NCBI GenBank assembly: GCA_964016885.1
Contig: OZ024752.1
Coordinates: forward strand, 38,192,001-38,256,000
Length of the DNA: 64,000 nucleotides
Source of the DNA: Eledone cirrhosa
Taxonomy: Eukaryota
Direction of reading: 5' to 3'
The notes below the pieces were generated by a model. That model saw nothing but the letters and a program-made list of their open reading frames with translations. It was not told the origin of the DNA and made no database searches. Below are positions 51,370 to 64,000 of the stretch, piece by piece. The first letter of the stretch is position 1; the number at the start of each line of letters is the position of its first letter. The position numbers and the translations under genes are program-made.

Positions 51370-53115
51370 GTTCGTCTTTTGGAAATAGTTTTTATTGTTG
51401 CACTATAGAAGGGCGGTGGATTGGCAGTATCGGTAGCGGGTCGGACGCCATGCTTTTCAGCATAGAGTTACGGCCCTTTATGATCTGAGTTCAAATCCTG
51501 CCGAGGTTAACTTTGCCTTTCATCCTTAAAGGGGTCGATAACATAAAGTACCAGTCACGCACTGGGGTCGATTTAATCGACTTTCCCCTCCCTCGAAATT
51601 GATGGCCTTGTGCCTATATGAGAAACCATTGTTGCACTGTAGAGAAAATTGAGTTACACATGCGACGATAGGCAGGAAAGTTCTTAGGCTGACTATGAAG
51701 GAATGATGCTAGAGCTGTGAAATCTCGCATGCATTAATTTGAACTCTTAATAACTGCATTGTTTCTTTGTAAGGACAATGTTGAAAAATAAACCTCATTT
51801 GATCATTCCATGAGAGTATTTTGGTCAGCCTATGAAGGAATGATGCTAGAGTTGTGAAATCTTGCATGCATTAATTTCAACTCTTATTAACAACTGCATT
51901 GTTTCTTTCCATGGATTATGTTGAAAAATAAACCTCATTTGGTCATTCCATGAGAGTATCTTGGTCAGCCTATGGCCTTTTCAGCTGATCCTCATATAAC
52001 AACTGCATTATTTCTTTCCAGGGAGGTTGACTTTGCCTTTCATCCTTACGGGGTCGATAAAATAAAGTACTAGTAATGCACTGGGTAATTGCTGGCCTTG
52101 TGCCTAAAGTAGAAACAATTATTTCTTTCCAGGGACTATGTTGAAAAATAAGCCCTCATTTGGTCATTCCATGAGAGTATCTTGGTCAGCCTATGAACAT
52201 TTAGCCGACCCTCTTAGTAACAGTTTGTGTTATATGGAACTGAATAATGTCAGTTGCTTTTGTTTTGTTTTGGTGTAACACTCTATGTTAATTCGTTCAA
52301 ATAGAAAACAATGTCAGTTTGTATACAATACTTTATTAATTTCTTTCTCATATATTAGTCTCCATCCCAATCGACAATACCAGTGTCTCCCATTTCCTTA
52401 CTTTCAAGCAAAAGCTAAAGTTCAGAAACGTTAGGCTATAAAACTCATGACGAATGAACTTTTTTAATGACTAATCTTTTGCCAACGCAAACTAAAGAAA
52501 GGTCTAGTAAAGAAATTATTTCAAATCCCACCGAAGTTTACTTTGCCTTTCATCCTTACGACGTCGATAAAATATAATACTAGTAACACACTGGGTTCGA
52601 TTTAATCGACTTTCCCCTCAGCCCCAAATTGTTGGCCTTGTGCCTAAATTGGATTGGCAGTATCGGTTGAGCGTCAGACAGCACGCTTTGCAGCATAGAA
52701 TTATGGCCCTTTACGTTCTGATATCAAATCCCGCCGAGGCTAACTTTACCTTTCATCCTTACGAGGTCGATAAAATAAAGTACTAGTAATGCACTGGGGT
52801 AATTACTGGCCTTGTGCCGAAAGTAGAAACCATTTTTATTGTTTTAGTTGATACTTGAATTTCTCCACGTGTTTCAGTGGAACTCCACTCACATGAAGGG
52901 TTTTAATTGATTAAATAGATAAATAAATAAATAGTTATTTTTTTAACGGGATGTAAGGCGTGTATTTTATTCACAAAGTTGGCTTAAAAACCTTTGATGA
53001 TTAGATAAGTATGAAAAATAAAGATAATAGCCAAATTAAATAATGAAAAAGAAAAAGGGGGGAAAGAGGTAAAGAAGGGCAGATCTGATAAATAAATAAA
53101 TAAATAATTCATTGT

Positions 53116-53285
53116 CAGTGCCAGATTTAGGACAAATGAGGCCCTATGCTAGTTAAGTCATGAGGCCTCTTACTTGGGCCCTGAAGAAGTTGAAAAGGGT
53201 TTTTGGCAGGAAGATGGGCACGCCCCTGGCCAGGGGGGGGGGGTCTGTGCTTAAGCCTACCTAAACAATGGTAAATCAGGCACTG
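53116..53285. mobile_element. Short hAT-like MITE
   Basis: CAGTGCCAGATTTA ... TAAATCAGGCACTG TIRs; imperfect 8-bp flanks ttcattgt/atcattat. Confidence 0.55.
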
Positions 53286-54203
53286 ATCATTATTAACTAA
53301 ACCTGAAAAATGCGCAAGCTCAAAAGAGCCACAGAATATTATAATAAACCTTCAAAAGTGTGGGACTCAAGACGACGCAATAATTATTTAAGCTAATGTT
53401 CAATATCTCATATTAGATGTTTAGTAATGATTAATACGAAATGCACTTAAACCTAATTATATATTATAAATTCACTTAAATAATTATCGTGTCGTCTTGA
53501 GTTCGTTATGAGTCTCTTTTTTTTATAAAAGGACGCCACAGAGTGTACGATAGATAATGATTACAATATTTTTGAGCAACAACTCTAGTCCCACACTTTT
53601 GAAGGTTTATTATAACATGAGCTTATGAGCTTGCGCATTTTTCAGGTCTAGTTTAATATTTTTTTAAGGCAACGCTTGTAATAACTCTAGTTAAACATGA
53701 TATATATTAATAATAAATTATCGTTGTAATGTAATTAGATTATATAATTGTTATTTTATAAATGATCTTATAAATATTATTGTAAGATGTAAAAAAAATA
53801 TTTTCAGACTTTTAATAGTTAATATAAATTTTAAAAATCATATATAAATTAACAATATAACTTACCAAAACGAGAAAAATATTTTGATGATAAACGACGA
53901 AATACAGGAGGAAGATTCGAAAGCGAAACGATAAATAAACGTGAAAACAAAGTGGCGGAATCTTTTGAGCAACAATTGCTCTCGTTGGTTGATTAGCCAA
54001 TAAGACGATGAAATTAGCCAATAAGACGATACATTACAAAAGATGTTTGGGAGGCATCACCACGGCCAGCGATACCCCTTGAATTTTTTATTCACAAGCT
54101 ACGCATGTATGTCATGTCATCATGTCAGACACGCAGACATAAAACATTCCTGTTGTTAGTCACAGCGCGTCTAACAGATATTATTATCTTTTTTTAATTT
54201 CAG

Positions 54204-54357
54204 AACTCGGCAATCGTGCTTTCCACGCATGTTGTACACTTGGTGATATGATATATGTGATCGGAGGTTACGACGGTCGAGGTCATCTAAATAATGTTTG
54301 TTGTTTTGACCCAGTTAAGAAGATTTGGTTAGAATCTGCTCCCATGCATAATAAGCG
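54204..54357 (+). CDS. KLHL10: KLHL10-like exon 2 (Kelch)
   Basis: tttcag|(E)LGNRAFHACCTLGDMIYVIGGYDGRGHLNNVCCFDPVKKIWLESAPMHNK(R)|gtaagt. Confidence 0.9.
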
Positions 54358-55310
54358 GTAAGTAATTGTGGAGCTTTGTTGAAGAGCGGATTGGTTCCTC
54401 CTGGTGTTACAGCGCTGCACGTGACACTGACATTGCTACGATTCTATCAGGAGTTACGGGTTCATACATACTATCGGGCCATGTTGAAGAAGTGATGGGC
54501 TCCGTCTGGTTATATTACACTGCATGTCACAAAGACACCCCTACGACATCAGGAGTTACGGGTCCATACATACTATCGGGCTATGTTGAAGAAGTGATGG
54601 GCTCCGTCTGGTTTTATAACACTGCATGTCACAAAGACATTGCTACGATTCCATCAGGAGTGAGTGTGTGTGTGTGGGGGGGGGGGGGGGCTATATATAC
54701 ATACAATCGGGTTGAGATTGAAGGTTTTTGCAGTCAACATTTTAGTAAAACACGCGCAAACACCTCCTTCAACCCCTCCCCCCCCCATCACACATTGTTG
54801 GCCTTCTGCCATAGGAAGCATTAAGGAATTTCGAAACTTGAAATGTGTACGTCCTAATGCAAATGACCATAATAATAGTGGGAAACTATAGATAATAGTT
54901 GGGAAACGGAAGAAGGTGGGCAGGAGCTCCCAACGCAAATGACCATAATAATAATCGATTACTAGGGGTAAGAATCTCTCAGGAGAGCCTGCCAGCAAAA
55001 GGTCTTCAGAGAAGAACCCCCTCACCAACCACCACCACCACCACCACATACTCAAGTAAGTGTTTCGGCCCTAACTTGGGGAAATCGGTTAAATACACCT
55101 GGAAACAGAAAAAAGTAGACAAATTCTCCCAACACAAATGACCATAAGGGTTACTTATATAGGCACAAGGCCAGCAGTTTGGGGGGAGGGGGAAAGTCGA
55201 TTAAATCGACCCCAGTGCGTGACTGGTACTTTATTTTATCGACCTCGTAAGGATGAAAGGCAAAGTTAACCTCAGCGGAATTTGAACTCAGATCATAAAG
55301 GGCCGTAATA

Positions 55311-55539
55311 AAATAATAAAGGAACGATCGACTTTCGTCAAATCGGACCGAGGGAACAATGTTTCCGTCGGTCTTTCCAATTGCTAATACTATCTATCGG
55401 TCGCAACTCCAGGTAGAAGGAGCAACGTGAAATAAAGTGTCTTGCTCAAGGACATAACGCATCACCTGGTCCAGGAATCGAACTCACAACCTTACGATTG
55501 CGAATCCAATTCTCTAACCACTCAGCCACACGCCTTCAC
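55311..55539 (-). mobile_element. tRNA-derived SINE (family B) nested in a family A SINE; degenerate copy at about 1330-1490
   Basis: Minus strand TGGCTGAGTGG A box, GTTCGATTCC B box, GTCCTTGAGCAAGACACTT core; 12-bp TSD AGGGCCGTAATA at 55299-55310 and 55540-55551. Confidence 0.88.
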
Positions 55540-55864
55540 AGGGCCGTAATACTATGCTGCAAAACATGGCGTCCGACCCTCTACCGATACTGCCAATCCA
55601 CCGCCCGAGGAAATCGGTTAAAATACTCCTGGAAACAGGAAAAATAAGTGGACAGATGCTCCCAACACAAATGACTATGATAATAACCGGTCATTATAAA
55701 TGTTAGTTGTGAAGATCGGGTAAAGTATTCCTGGGGACGGAAACAACTGGGACTTTTTAATTCAGCGAGAATAAGTTTGCTTTTTTTTTTTTTTTTTTTT
55801 TTGCTTTTTTTTCTAAATTTAAATTTATGCTGTTTTTTGTTGTTTTTTTCCTCCTGTGTTGAAG

Positions 55865-56034
55865 ATGTCATGTGAGTGTGGCCATCATTGACAGCCAGAT
55901 TTATGCATTGGGAGGTTTCAACGGCCAGACGGAGCTTAAGAGCGCCGAGCGTTATCATCAACTTAGCAATCAGTGGACATTAATTGAAGATATGAACTAT
56001 CAGCGCAGTGATGCAGGTGCCACAGCCCTTAATG
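55865..56034 (+). CDS. KLHL10: KLHL10-like exon 3 (Kelch)
   Basis: Long U-rich tract, gaag|(R)[41 protein letters not shown]|gtaaga. Confidence 0.88.
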
Positions 56035-57157
56035 GTAAGACATGCAGTGACAGACATGTAGTGTAAGACATGTAGTGAAAGACATGTAGTGAAAGACATG
56101 TAGTGAGAGACATGTAGTGTAAGACATGTAGTGAAAGACATGTAGTGTAAGACATGCAGTGACAGACATGTAGTGTAAGACATGCAGTGACAGACATGTA
56201 GTGTAAGACATGTAGTGACAGACATGTAGTGTAAGACATGTAGTGACAGACATGCAGTGACAGACATGTAGTGACAGACATGTAGTGTAATAGATGGAGG
56301 AACAGACATGTAGTGTAAGACATGCAGTGACAGACATGCAGTGTAAGACATGCAGGGTAAGACATGTAGTGTAAGACATGTAGTGACATACATGTAGTGT
56401 AAGACACGTAGTGTAAGACATGTAGTGACATACATGTAGTGTAAGACACGTAGTGTAAGACATGTAGTGACATACATGTAGTGTAAGACACGTAGTGTAA
56501 GACATGTAGTGACATACATGTAGTGTAAGACACGTAGTGTAAGACATGTAGTGACATACATGTGGTGTAATAGATGTAGGAACAGACATGTAGTGTAAGA
56601 CATGTAGTGTAAGACACGTAGTGTAAGACATGTAGTGACATACATGTAGTGTAAGACATGTAGTGAAATAGATGTAGGAACAGACATGTAGTTTAAGACA
56701 TGTAGTGAAAAACATGTAGTGTAATAGATGTAGGAACAGACATGTAGTTTAAGACATGTAGTGTAAGACATGTAGTGACAGACATGTAGCGTAAGACATG
56801 TATTGACAGACATGTAGTGTAAGACATGTAGTGAAAAACATGTAGTGTAAGACATGTAGTGACAGACGTGCAGTGTAAGACATGCAGTGACAGACATGTA
56901 GTGTAAGACATGTATTGACAGACATGTAGTGTAAGACATGTAGTGACAGACATGTAGTGACAGACATGTAGTGTAATAGATGGAGGAACAGACATGTAGT
57001 GTAAGACATGTAGTGACAGACATGTAGTGTAAGACATGTAGTGACAGACATGTAGTGACAGACATGTAGTGTAATAGATGGAGGAACAGACATGTAGTGT
57101 AAGACATGTAGTGACAGACATGTAGTGTAAGACATGTAGTGACAGACATGTAGTGAC
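56035..57157. repeat. 14-bp minisatellite starting at the exon 3 donor
   Basis: Units GTAAGACATGTAGT / GACAGACATGTAGT with interspersed GTAATAGATGGAGGAACAGAC variants. Confidence 0.95.
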
Positions 57158-57365
57158 TAACTTTCAAATTATTTAAAAGATACGTTAAATAAATATAGAC
57201 AGACACAAATGTATGTATGGACACACGCGCACACACACATCCACACTCACACCATACATATACATACATACACACACACACACACACGTATATATATACA
57301 TACACACACGTATATATATATATATATATATAAATATATATATATACACCTACACATACACACAC

Positions 57366-57403
<38 letters not shown>

Positions 57404-57412
57404 GTGTGTGTA

Positions 57413-57448
<36 letters not shown>

Positions 57449-57462
57449 CGTGTGTGTATGTG

Positions 57463-57506
<44 letters not shown>

Positions 57507-57519
57507 CACATACACACAC

Positions 57520-57574
<55 letters not shown>

Positions 57575-57867
57575 CACATACACACACGTATATATAAATT
57601 TGAGTATGTGTTGCCTGGTTACCAACACGTCAATACGCAGGCTAGAGCACTGAACGAAGTCCGCAAGTGGGTCTTTTACTCCGCAAAAGACTAAGATTAA
57701 GTTTTAAGATGTGAAAAATACAAACTGAAATTCGTTTGAAAGTTTATATATAAATATAAATAGAGACATACCCAGGAAAATCATACCTTATCAGTTGGAT
57801 AGTCTCTGGGTAGTCTCTGGATAGTTGGATATTCTCTGGATATTCTCTATTTATAAAGCAAACTTTG

Positions 57868-57930
57868 TATTTTATCTGAAGAAAGCGTACCAAAGTGTTT
57901 TGGTACCCTTGAAATATATATAATAAAATA
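57868..57930 (+). ncRNA. Type I hammerhead ribozyme motif (family B), sense to KLHL10 intron 3
   Basis: tattttat-CTGAAGA-aagcgtacc/ggtaccctt-GAAA-tatata-TA^ataaaata; stem I is a perfect 8 bp. Confidence 0.78.
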
Positions 57931-58276
57931 AATATGGTTTTATAAATATACTTTCCATTTATTTAATATCATTGAATATATATATATATCATTTAATTTA
58001 TTAATTTATTGATATTTTATTTGAGTGACCCGAATCTTCCTGGTCGTTTATTTTCGGCTGCATGGGTGATTTTAGGCATGACCTCTATGTGTTGGTATTT
58101 TAACGATAGTTATAGCTCTGATTTTTCCAAATTATTGAGCCCTCTGCCACATATATCGGATATTGTTTATCGTGATTTCGTGGGCTGATCTTCCGATTCT
58201 CGATTATTCTACTATATAAATATATATATATATTCAATATATATATATGTTTATTATCGCTGCTTTCACTCTTATT

Positions 58277-58315
<39 letters not shown>

Positions 58316-58344
58316 ATCAAAAGATGGTTAAAGGAGTTCCATAT

Positions 58345-58413
58345 ATTTTATTATGCGCATTTCAAAAACAAACATCATCATGCAATAATATTTGTGTTTT
58401 CATCAGATAAAAC
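58345..58413 (-). ncRNA. Type I hammerhead ribozyme motif (family A) on a ~107-bp insert between two (TA)n tracts
   Basis: Same sequence as 38148-38216; TTTC at 58360, TCATCAG at 58400-58406. Confidence 0.72.
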
Positions 58414-58417
58414 ATCC

Positions 58418-58480
<63 letters not shown>

Positions 58481-58749
58481 AAGGTATATATTGAGTTAGA
58501 AACTCAAAAGAGTCTCTTACAATTAAATAGCTCAAGGAAGGAGATTTTTCCGAGCCGTGTAATATAATTGAATATAAAAGAGAGATAAATACGGATATAT
58601 ACATATGTGTGTTCAAATCGTAAGGGACCAGATTCGCTAGGGTGAAAAGAATACTAACTATGGACAATAGGGTTTGGCAGACTCAATATAAAAGAACAAA
58701 TTAAGAAAATACAAACCGATATTGGGGTAACTACCAGACACCCAGACAG

Positions 58750-58869
<120 letters not shown>

Positions 58870-59376
58870 AACTTTGTCCTGGGTATGATATTAAACTGCA
58901 TCCAATGGCAAGGCTCCAGTTCGGGAGTTCAGGAGCTGTGGGGAATGTGGAGTTACCCCTTAGTTATTATCACTCCCAGGTCTACTCTGGCCCCATTTAT
59001 GGATTAAATAATTACCTTATTCAAGTGGCGCCGGCAAGGTATTATCAGCCACTGAAAAGAACTATGGAGAGTCGATTTAACAGCACTAGGATTAGAGCCC
59101 CTAACTACAGTCAAGGAGCAGTCTGGTCGTTATGACTCTGCCGGTTTAGAGCCACAGGGAGGGCCAGTGGATGATGGATCAGCTGTCCCTGAGACAAATA
59201 TAAAATGTATCCACCCTAGATAGATATATAAACTTTCAAACGAATTTCAGTTTGTATTTTTCACATCTTAAAACTTAATCTTAATTTTTTTGCAGCACAT
59301 CTGGTGACATCCCGCGGGGAATCAATGTGCCACGGAGGGCGCACAGTTTGGTACCCACTGATCTATCTTAAGACAC

Positions 59377-60086
59377 GGTTCGTGACAAGATCTACAGGCA
59401 CGGACGCCCTGGCAGGGATCCTTCCAAGAGGACGTGTCCAAGATGTGCGCAGGACATTGAAACAGTTCTGCACGCAATTGTACACTGCCCGGGCGTAAGC
59501 GACCTGTGGAACTATGCAGAACAACTGCTGTCGCGTATGGGACAAATCCAGTTGACTGCCGGGTCCATAGTAAGGATCAAACCGCCAAACTCTTTCAAAA
59601 ACGAAAGAGAGGCGGTTTTCCTCTGTACGGTGGCTATATGGTGAAAGAAGTTATATGGTGGACGAGGTTGAGAGGACTGAGGACAGATGCCTTTCTCTCC
59701 GGACAACAATTGATTCCCTTCTTTAAGTATCACTTTAGAAGGAGAATCAGGGTGGAGAGAGAGGCACTTCACCCCAGTAAATTTACTGAAAGGTGGGTGA
59801 ATGAAGCGAAAATGGCCCGAGTGATTGGCCCTTCTCTGTTTATAAGCCTGTAGGTTGAGGAAGAGAGCAAAAGGAAGAAAGGAGCACTTGCACAACACGC
59901 TCCTCGAGTTGAGGGTTGTTCTATCGACGGGGTATTAAACAACCCATTTGTGGCGCCTCGCCCCTATTGGGGATTTCGATTGTTGAAATTGTTTGTTTTT
60001 ATATTTTTTACACGACTGTATGTAAAATCCCCGGCATGTCTTTGTATTGTCCCCTTTCTTGTTGCGCCCTTGTGGCTAATAAAGAA
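59377..60086 (+). mobile_element. 5'-truncated L1/Tx1-like LINE 3' end with 16-bp TSD
   Basis: CPRCAQDIETVLHAIVHCP (CCHC knuckle), VIWWTR, 3' end GGCTAATAAAGAA; ATCTATCTTAAGACAC at 59361-59376 and 60087-60102. Confidence 0.82.
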
Positions 60087-60120
60087 ATCTATCTTAAGAC
60101 ACATTCCTTCTCCTTTTTAG

Positions 60121-60392
60121 ACTTGCTGTATATCTGTGGTGGCTTTAGCGGTCAGCAGTACCTCAACTGTGCTGAATTCTATTCGCCTAAAACCAGCCAA
60201 TGGACATTAATAGCTCCTATGAGTAGTATCCGTTGTGGTGTCAGCATCATTGCATATTGTGACTTCATTTACGCCTTTGGTGGCTTCAGTGGTGTGACCC
60301 GAGTGACCTCTGCAGAACGCTATGACCCTTCTGTCAACAAGTGGCAGTCAATTGAGACGATGTCAATCCCTAGGAGTAATTTTGCAGCCACT
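60121..60392 (+). CDS. KLHL10: KLHL10-like exon 4 (Kelch)
   Basis: ttttag|(D)LLYICGGFSGQQYLNCAEFY...MSIPRSNFAAT|gtgagt. Confidence 0.9.
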
Positions 60393-60405
60393 GTGAGTAT
60401 ACTGG

Positions 60406-60802
60406 AGTTTTCTCTTTCGCTCCTTCTTTCCTTCCTCCGTTCTTTCTTTCTATCTTTCTTTCTTTCTTTCGTTCGTTCGTTCGTTTGTTCGTTCTCTCTT
60501 CTTTCTTTCTTTTTTTCGTTCGTTCGTTCTCTCTTTCATTCTTTCTTTCTTACTCTCTTCTTTCTTTCTTTCTTTCTTTCTTTTTTCTTTCGTTCGTTCG
60601 TTCCTTCGTTCCTTCGTTCTCTCTTTCTCTCTTTCTTTCTTTTGTTCGTTCGTTCTCTCTTTCTTTCGTTCTTTCTTTCTTTCGTTCTTTCTTTTTTTTT
60701 TCGTTCTTTCTTTCTTTTATCGTTCTTTCTTTCTTTCATTCTTTCTTTTTTCTTTCTTTCTTTCTTTCTTTCTTTTCGTTCTTTCTTTCTTTCTTTCTTT
60801 TT

Positions 60803-60890
<88 letters not shown>

Positions 60891-60915
60891 TTTTTTTCTT
60901 TCTTTCTTCCTTCCT
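60406..60915. repeat. (TTTC)n-type pyrimidine low-complexity tract
   Basis: Directly visible, starts just after the exon 4 donor. Confidence 0.95.
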
Positions 60916-61344
60916 TCCAGTCTAGGGTTCCGGGGGAACACCGTTTGAAAAATGCTGTTCTAATGACTTTCTCAGTTCAGCGCAATATTGTTTTAAACAC
61001 CGGAAGTTCCGCATAAGTAATGAGTGTTTGTGTTATATCGGCTTGTAGCGTTCGGCGCTCGGCTCAGATTCATCTGAGTTTGGAGGCATAGCAAGAAAAT
61101 GGTCTCATCAAAATATCTTTTAAAAAATCATGTTCACTTACAAATAATTTTAAAATAATTAAAATATTCACAGACATGTATATAATGTGAAATGAAACTG
61201 GAAGGCCCATATATATAGTAAAAAATTGAACGGGAACAAAACAGAGAGGCAGTACGAACAAAGATTTATTAGTTTCACGCTCTGAGAGTGGGGTGGTGGT
61301 GGGGAACGACGTTTCGGGCATATATATATATACATACGTGTGTG

Positions 61345-61397
<53 letters not shown>

Positions 61398-61443
61398 GTG
61401 TGTGTATGTATATATTTATAAATGTGTGTGTGTATATATATAC

Positions 61444-61475
<32 letters not shown>

Positions 61476-61507
61476 GTGGGTGTTGTGATATATATACACT
61501 GGTCATA

Positions 61508-61559
<52 letters not shown>

Positions 61560-61848
61560 CACACTCACATACACATATATACACAGCAATACCAGCTCTT
61601 TCTCTCTTTGTTCCATTCTCCTTCTCTATCTCCGCTCGCTCTCTCTATGTCTCTATTTTAATCATCTCACAACCACTATCTCTTTCACTCTATCTTTCTC
61701 TCTCTGTTTATGAAGGTACCTGAAAAACCCATAACTCGGAACCCGTGTTCCGATTTACGCGAAACTTGTTTTCGTAGTATTTTCCCATTATGCGCCGTTT
61801 TGGCTATATTACAATACAGACAAGCAAGCAAGCAAACAATCACAGTTT

Positions 61849-61942
<94 letters not shown>

Positions 61943-61945
<3 letters not shown>

Positions 61946-62153
61946 GGGCGGTGGAACTGGAACAATAATTATATTTTTCTCCCCAAACTACCAAAAACAC
62001 ATCTATTTGGATAAGCGCTACAATTTATGTAAATGTTATGTTTATCGGATATCGAAGTTTTCTGACTATTTTCGATTGCAAAGAGCTAAACTAATCACTA
62101 CAACTAAATTAACCAAATTGCCCCCCAATTCAGAAATGCTTCCACCGCCCCTA
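61943..62153. mobile_element. MITE with 14-bp TIRs
   Basis: CAGGGGCGGTGGAA ... TTCCACCGCCCCTA. Confidence 0.6.
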
Positions 62154-62229
62154 CATTCATTACCTTCAAGGATTAGAACTTTAAATAATGTAGTATTGAT
62201 CTCAAATTTTTATCCTTCTCTTCTCTACT

Positions 62230-62830
62230 TTTGCCCGACCACATCTTGAATACTGTTGTCCACTGTGGTCTCCCCACACGAAACAAAGTATCATGAAACT
62301 TGAAGCTCCTCAAAGGGCAATCACGAAAAAGATAGATGGCATGTCAGACCTTGACTACTGGGGTCGACTAGAAAACCTGAAACTTTACTCACTCCAACGT
62401 CGCCGTGAGCGTTATATTATCTGCATGATGTGGAAAATGTTCCATCATCACTGCCCAAATGATGTTGGCATCGCCTTCAAGATACACCCAAGGCTTGGGC
62501 CCCGTGCTATCCGTCCCATTCAAAAATCTAAATCGCAACTCATAACAACAATACGGCACAATTATTTCACCTCAATCGGCCCTGCTCTCTTCAACATCAC
62601 ACCAGGACACGTCAAAACAGAAACTGACCACACAAAATTCAAGAAGTCTTTGGACAAATTCCTCCAAGTAATCCCGGACAAACCACCCACACCCGGATAT
62701 GTCTCCGCAAACAGTAATTCTCTTCTCGAATGGGCCATGGTGCCCAAATCCTGAATTGAAAGACTTCGCCAGGTGGTGCTATTAAGTTAGACATGGCCGG
62801 GGCCAATACTGGCCAAAACATTTCAAAGTT
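62230..62830 (+). mobile_element. CR1/L2-like LINE 3' fragment (second family)
   Basis: HLEYCCPLWSPH..LEAPQRAITKKI..LENLKLYSLQRRRERY..FKKSLDKFL. Confidence 0.8.
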
Positions 62831-63782
62831 ATTCAAAGTTATATTTTATGATTTTATTTCTAACTAGATTTAAATATTTAAAAATATATTTCACATCAAA
62901 ACTCAAAGTAATCAGTTCACACCTATTTATGATATACATTGTGAAGTCAAGGCCATCATTTTTTTTATGTGAATGCGTATCTTTCATAAAATAAAACAAA
63001 AACACACACACACACACACATACACGCACACACACACACATGCACACACACACGCACACACACATAAACATACATACACACACACACATGTACACACACA
63101 CATATGTACACATACACACATATATACACATGCACACACAGTCTCACTCACACACACATACACACAACAATAAAAATATGCAAAAGATTATACAAAAATT
63201 CGAGCAATTTTAATTTATGTTAAAACATTTGTTTGTTTATTTTCCACTAATACTTGTGAATAACAAAAACAAACCATGAGCTGTTAATTGAAAATGTCAA
63301 AAATATCATGTATGAACTCGAAAGCGGTTAATTTTTAAAATTATACCGACTGACTAGAAATAGTTAAATACCGCTCTCATATTTAAAAAGTGTAAATTAA
63401 AAAGTCTGGACTAGATCAGTGTTTTTCAATCTTTCCTTTCTTATGGTTCATTTATTTGGTGTCAAAATATTTTCAGGCCCAACAATGTTTCAAATCAATT
63501 TAAAAATATAATTCATTAAAAAAAGAAAACATTTTGCTCGAGGGTCTATCTCCGGCTCTCCTGGCTGTTGGTTTTGCTCGTAAAATCTGTTCAGCGATGA
63601 TTCTTTCCTGAGACATTCTAATCACATGTTCGTAATATCTCTAACAAAATTTGATTCTCATGTCTGGAATGTCTTTTGGTCATTGCTCAGCTCGATCAGG
63701 TTGAACAGTTGATGAAGTAAATTATATTTTTGGTATATTGTTACAAGAACTCTCCAATTAATTCTAATATAATTGATCCTAG

Positions 63783-63874
63783 ATTTTAGACGACAAGGTA
63801 TTTGTAATTGGAGGTGTGGCCGATGAGAACAGTATCTACAACGTGGAATATTACGACATTATTACTGAAAAATG
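63783..63874 (+). CDS. KLHL10: KLHL10-like exon 5 (Kelch); gene continues beyond the window
   Basis: cctag|ILDDKVFVIGGVADENSIYNVEYYDIITEK(W)|gtaagt. Confidence 0.88.
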
Positions 63875-64000
63875 GTAAGTAGAAGAACATATGTGTACAT
63901 TGCTGCCTGCACTAGATTCATTTTAGCTGTGTCTCGGCTCAAGTGTTACAAAGATGGCCGCGAATTGATAAAGTAGTTAGGGGACATCGGATTAAAAAAT

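Noticed and set aside
51370-51488. C-terminal part of the 355-aa ORF
   Set aside because: Read-through past the exon 1 donor into intron and SINE sequence
54366-54824. 152-aa ORF with an internal repeat
   Set aside because: Degenerate intronic tandem duplication just after the exon 2 donor; no coding signature
55980-57694. 535-aa and overlapping ORFs
   Set aside because: Translations of the 14-bp minisatellite and TA/CA microsatellites
59916-61016. 366-aa ORF with a hydrophobic F/S/L tail as a membrane protein
   Set aside because: Only 60121-60392 is a Kelch exon with proper splice sites; the tail is (TTTC)n

Overview
AT-rich, repeat-dense animal genomic DNA. The SINE, RTE and microsatellite landscape suggests a coleoid cephalopod such as Octopus; this is an inference. 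Three spliced genes were reconstructed by hand with GT-AG, phase-consistent exons: (1) the 3' part of U2AF1 (+, 5 exons visible, stop 7132); (2) a complete 7-exon ETHE1 persulfide dioxygenase (-, 30932 to 7285, 305 aa), whose stop lies only 152 bp from the U2AF1 stop; (3) the first 5 exons of a KLHL10-like BTB-BACK-Kelch gene (+, from 50421, running off the window). The rest is RTE, CR1/L2-like and L1/Tx1-like LINE fragments, tRNA-derived SINEs, MITEs, LTR-like elements and tandem arrays (48, 63, 80, 143 and 14 bp units), several of which visibly grew out of transposons. The most notable unexplained signal is a set of type I hammerhead-ribozyme motifs (CUGANGA, stem II, GAAA, palindromic stem III, AUA, stem I). 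They sit in long foldback palindromes embedded in (TA)n tracts, which points to Penelope-like or retrozyme-type elements of at least two families. Other highlights: a candidate autoregulatory poison 3' splice site in U2AF1, an 80-bp satellite apparently expanded inside a solo LTR next to a CRE cluster upstream of KLHL10, and a minisatellite made of 5' splice-site copies. The long repeat-derived ORFs in the ORF track are judged artefacts.
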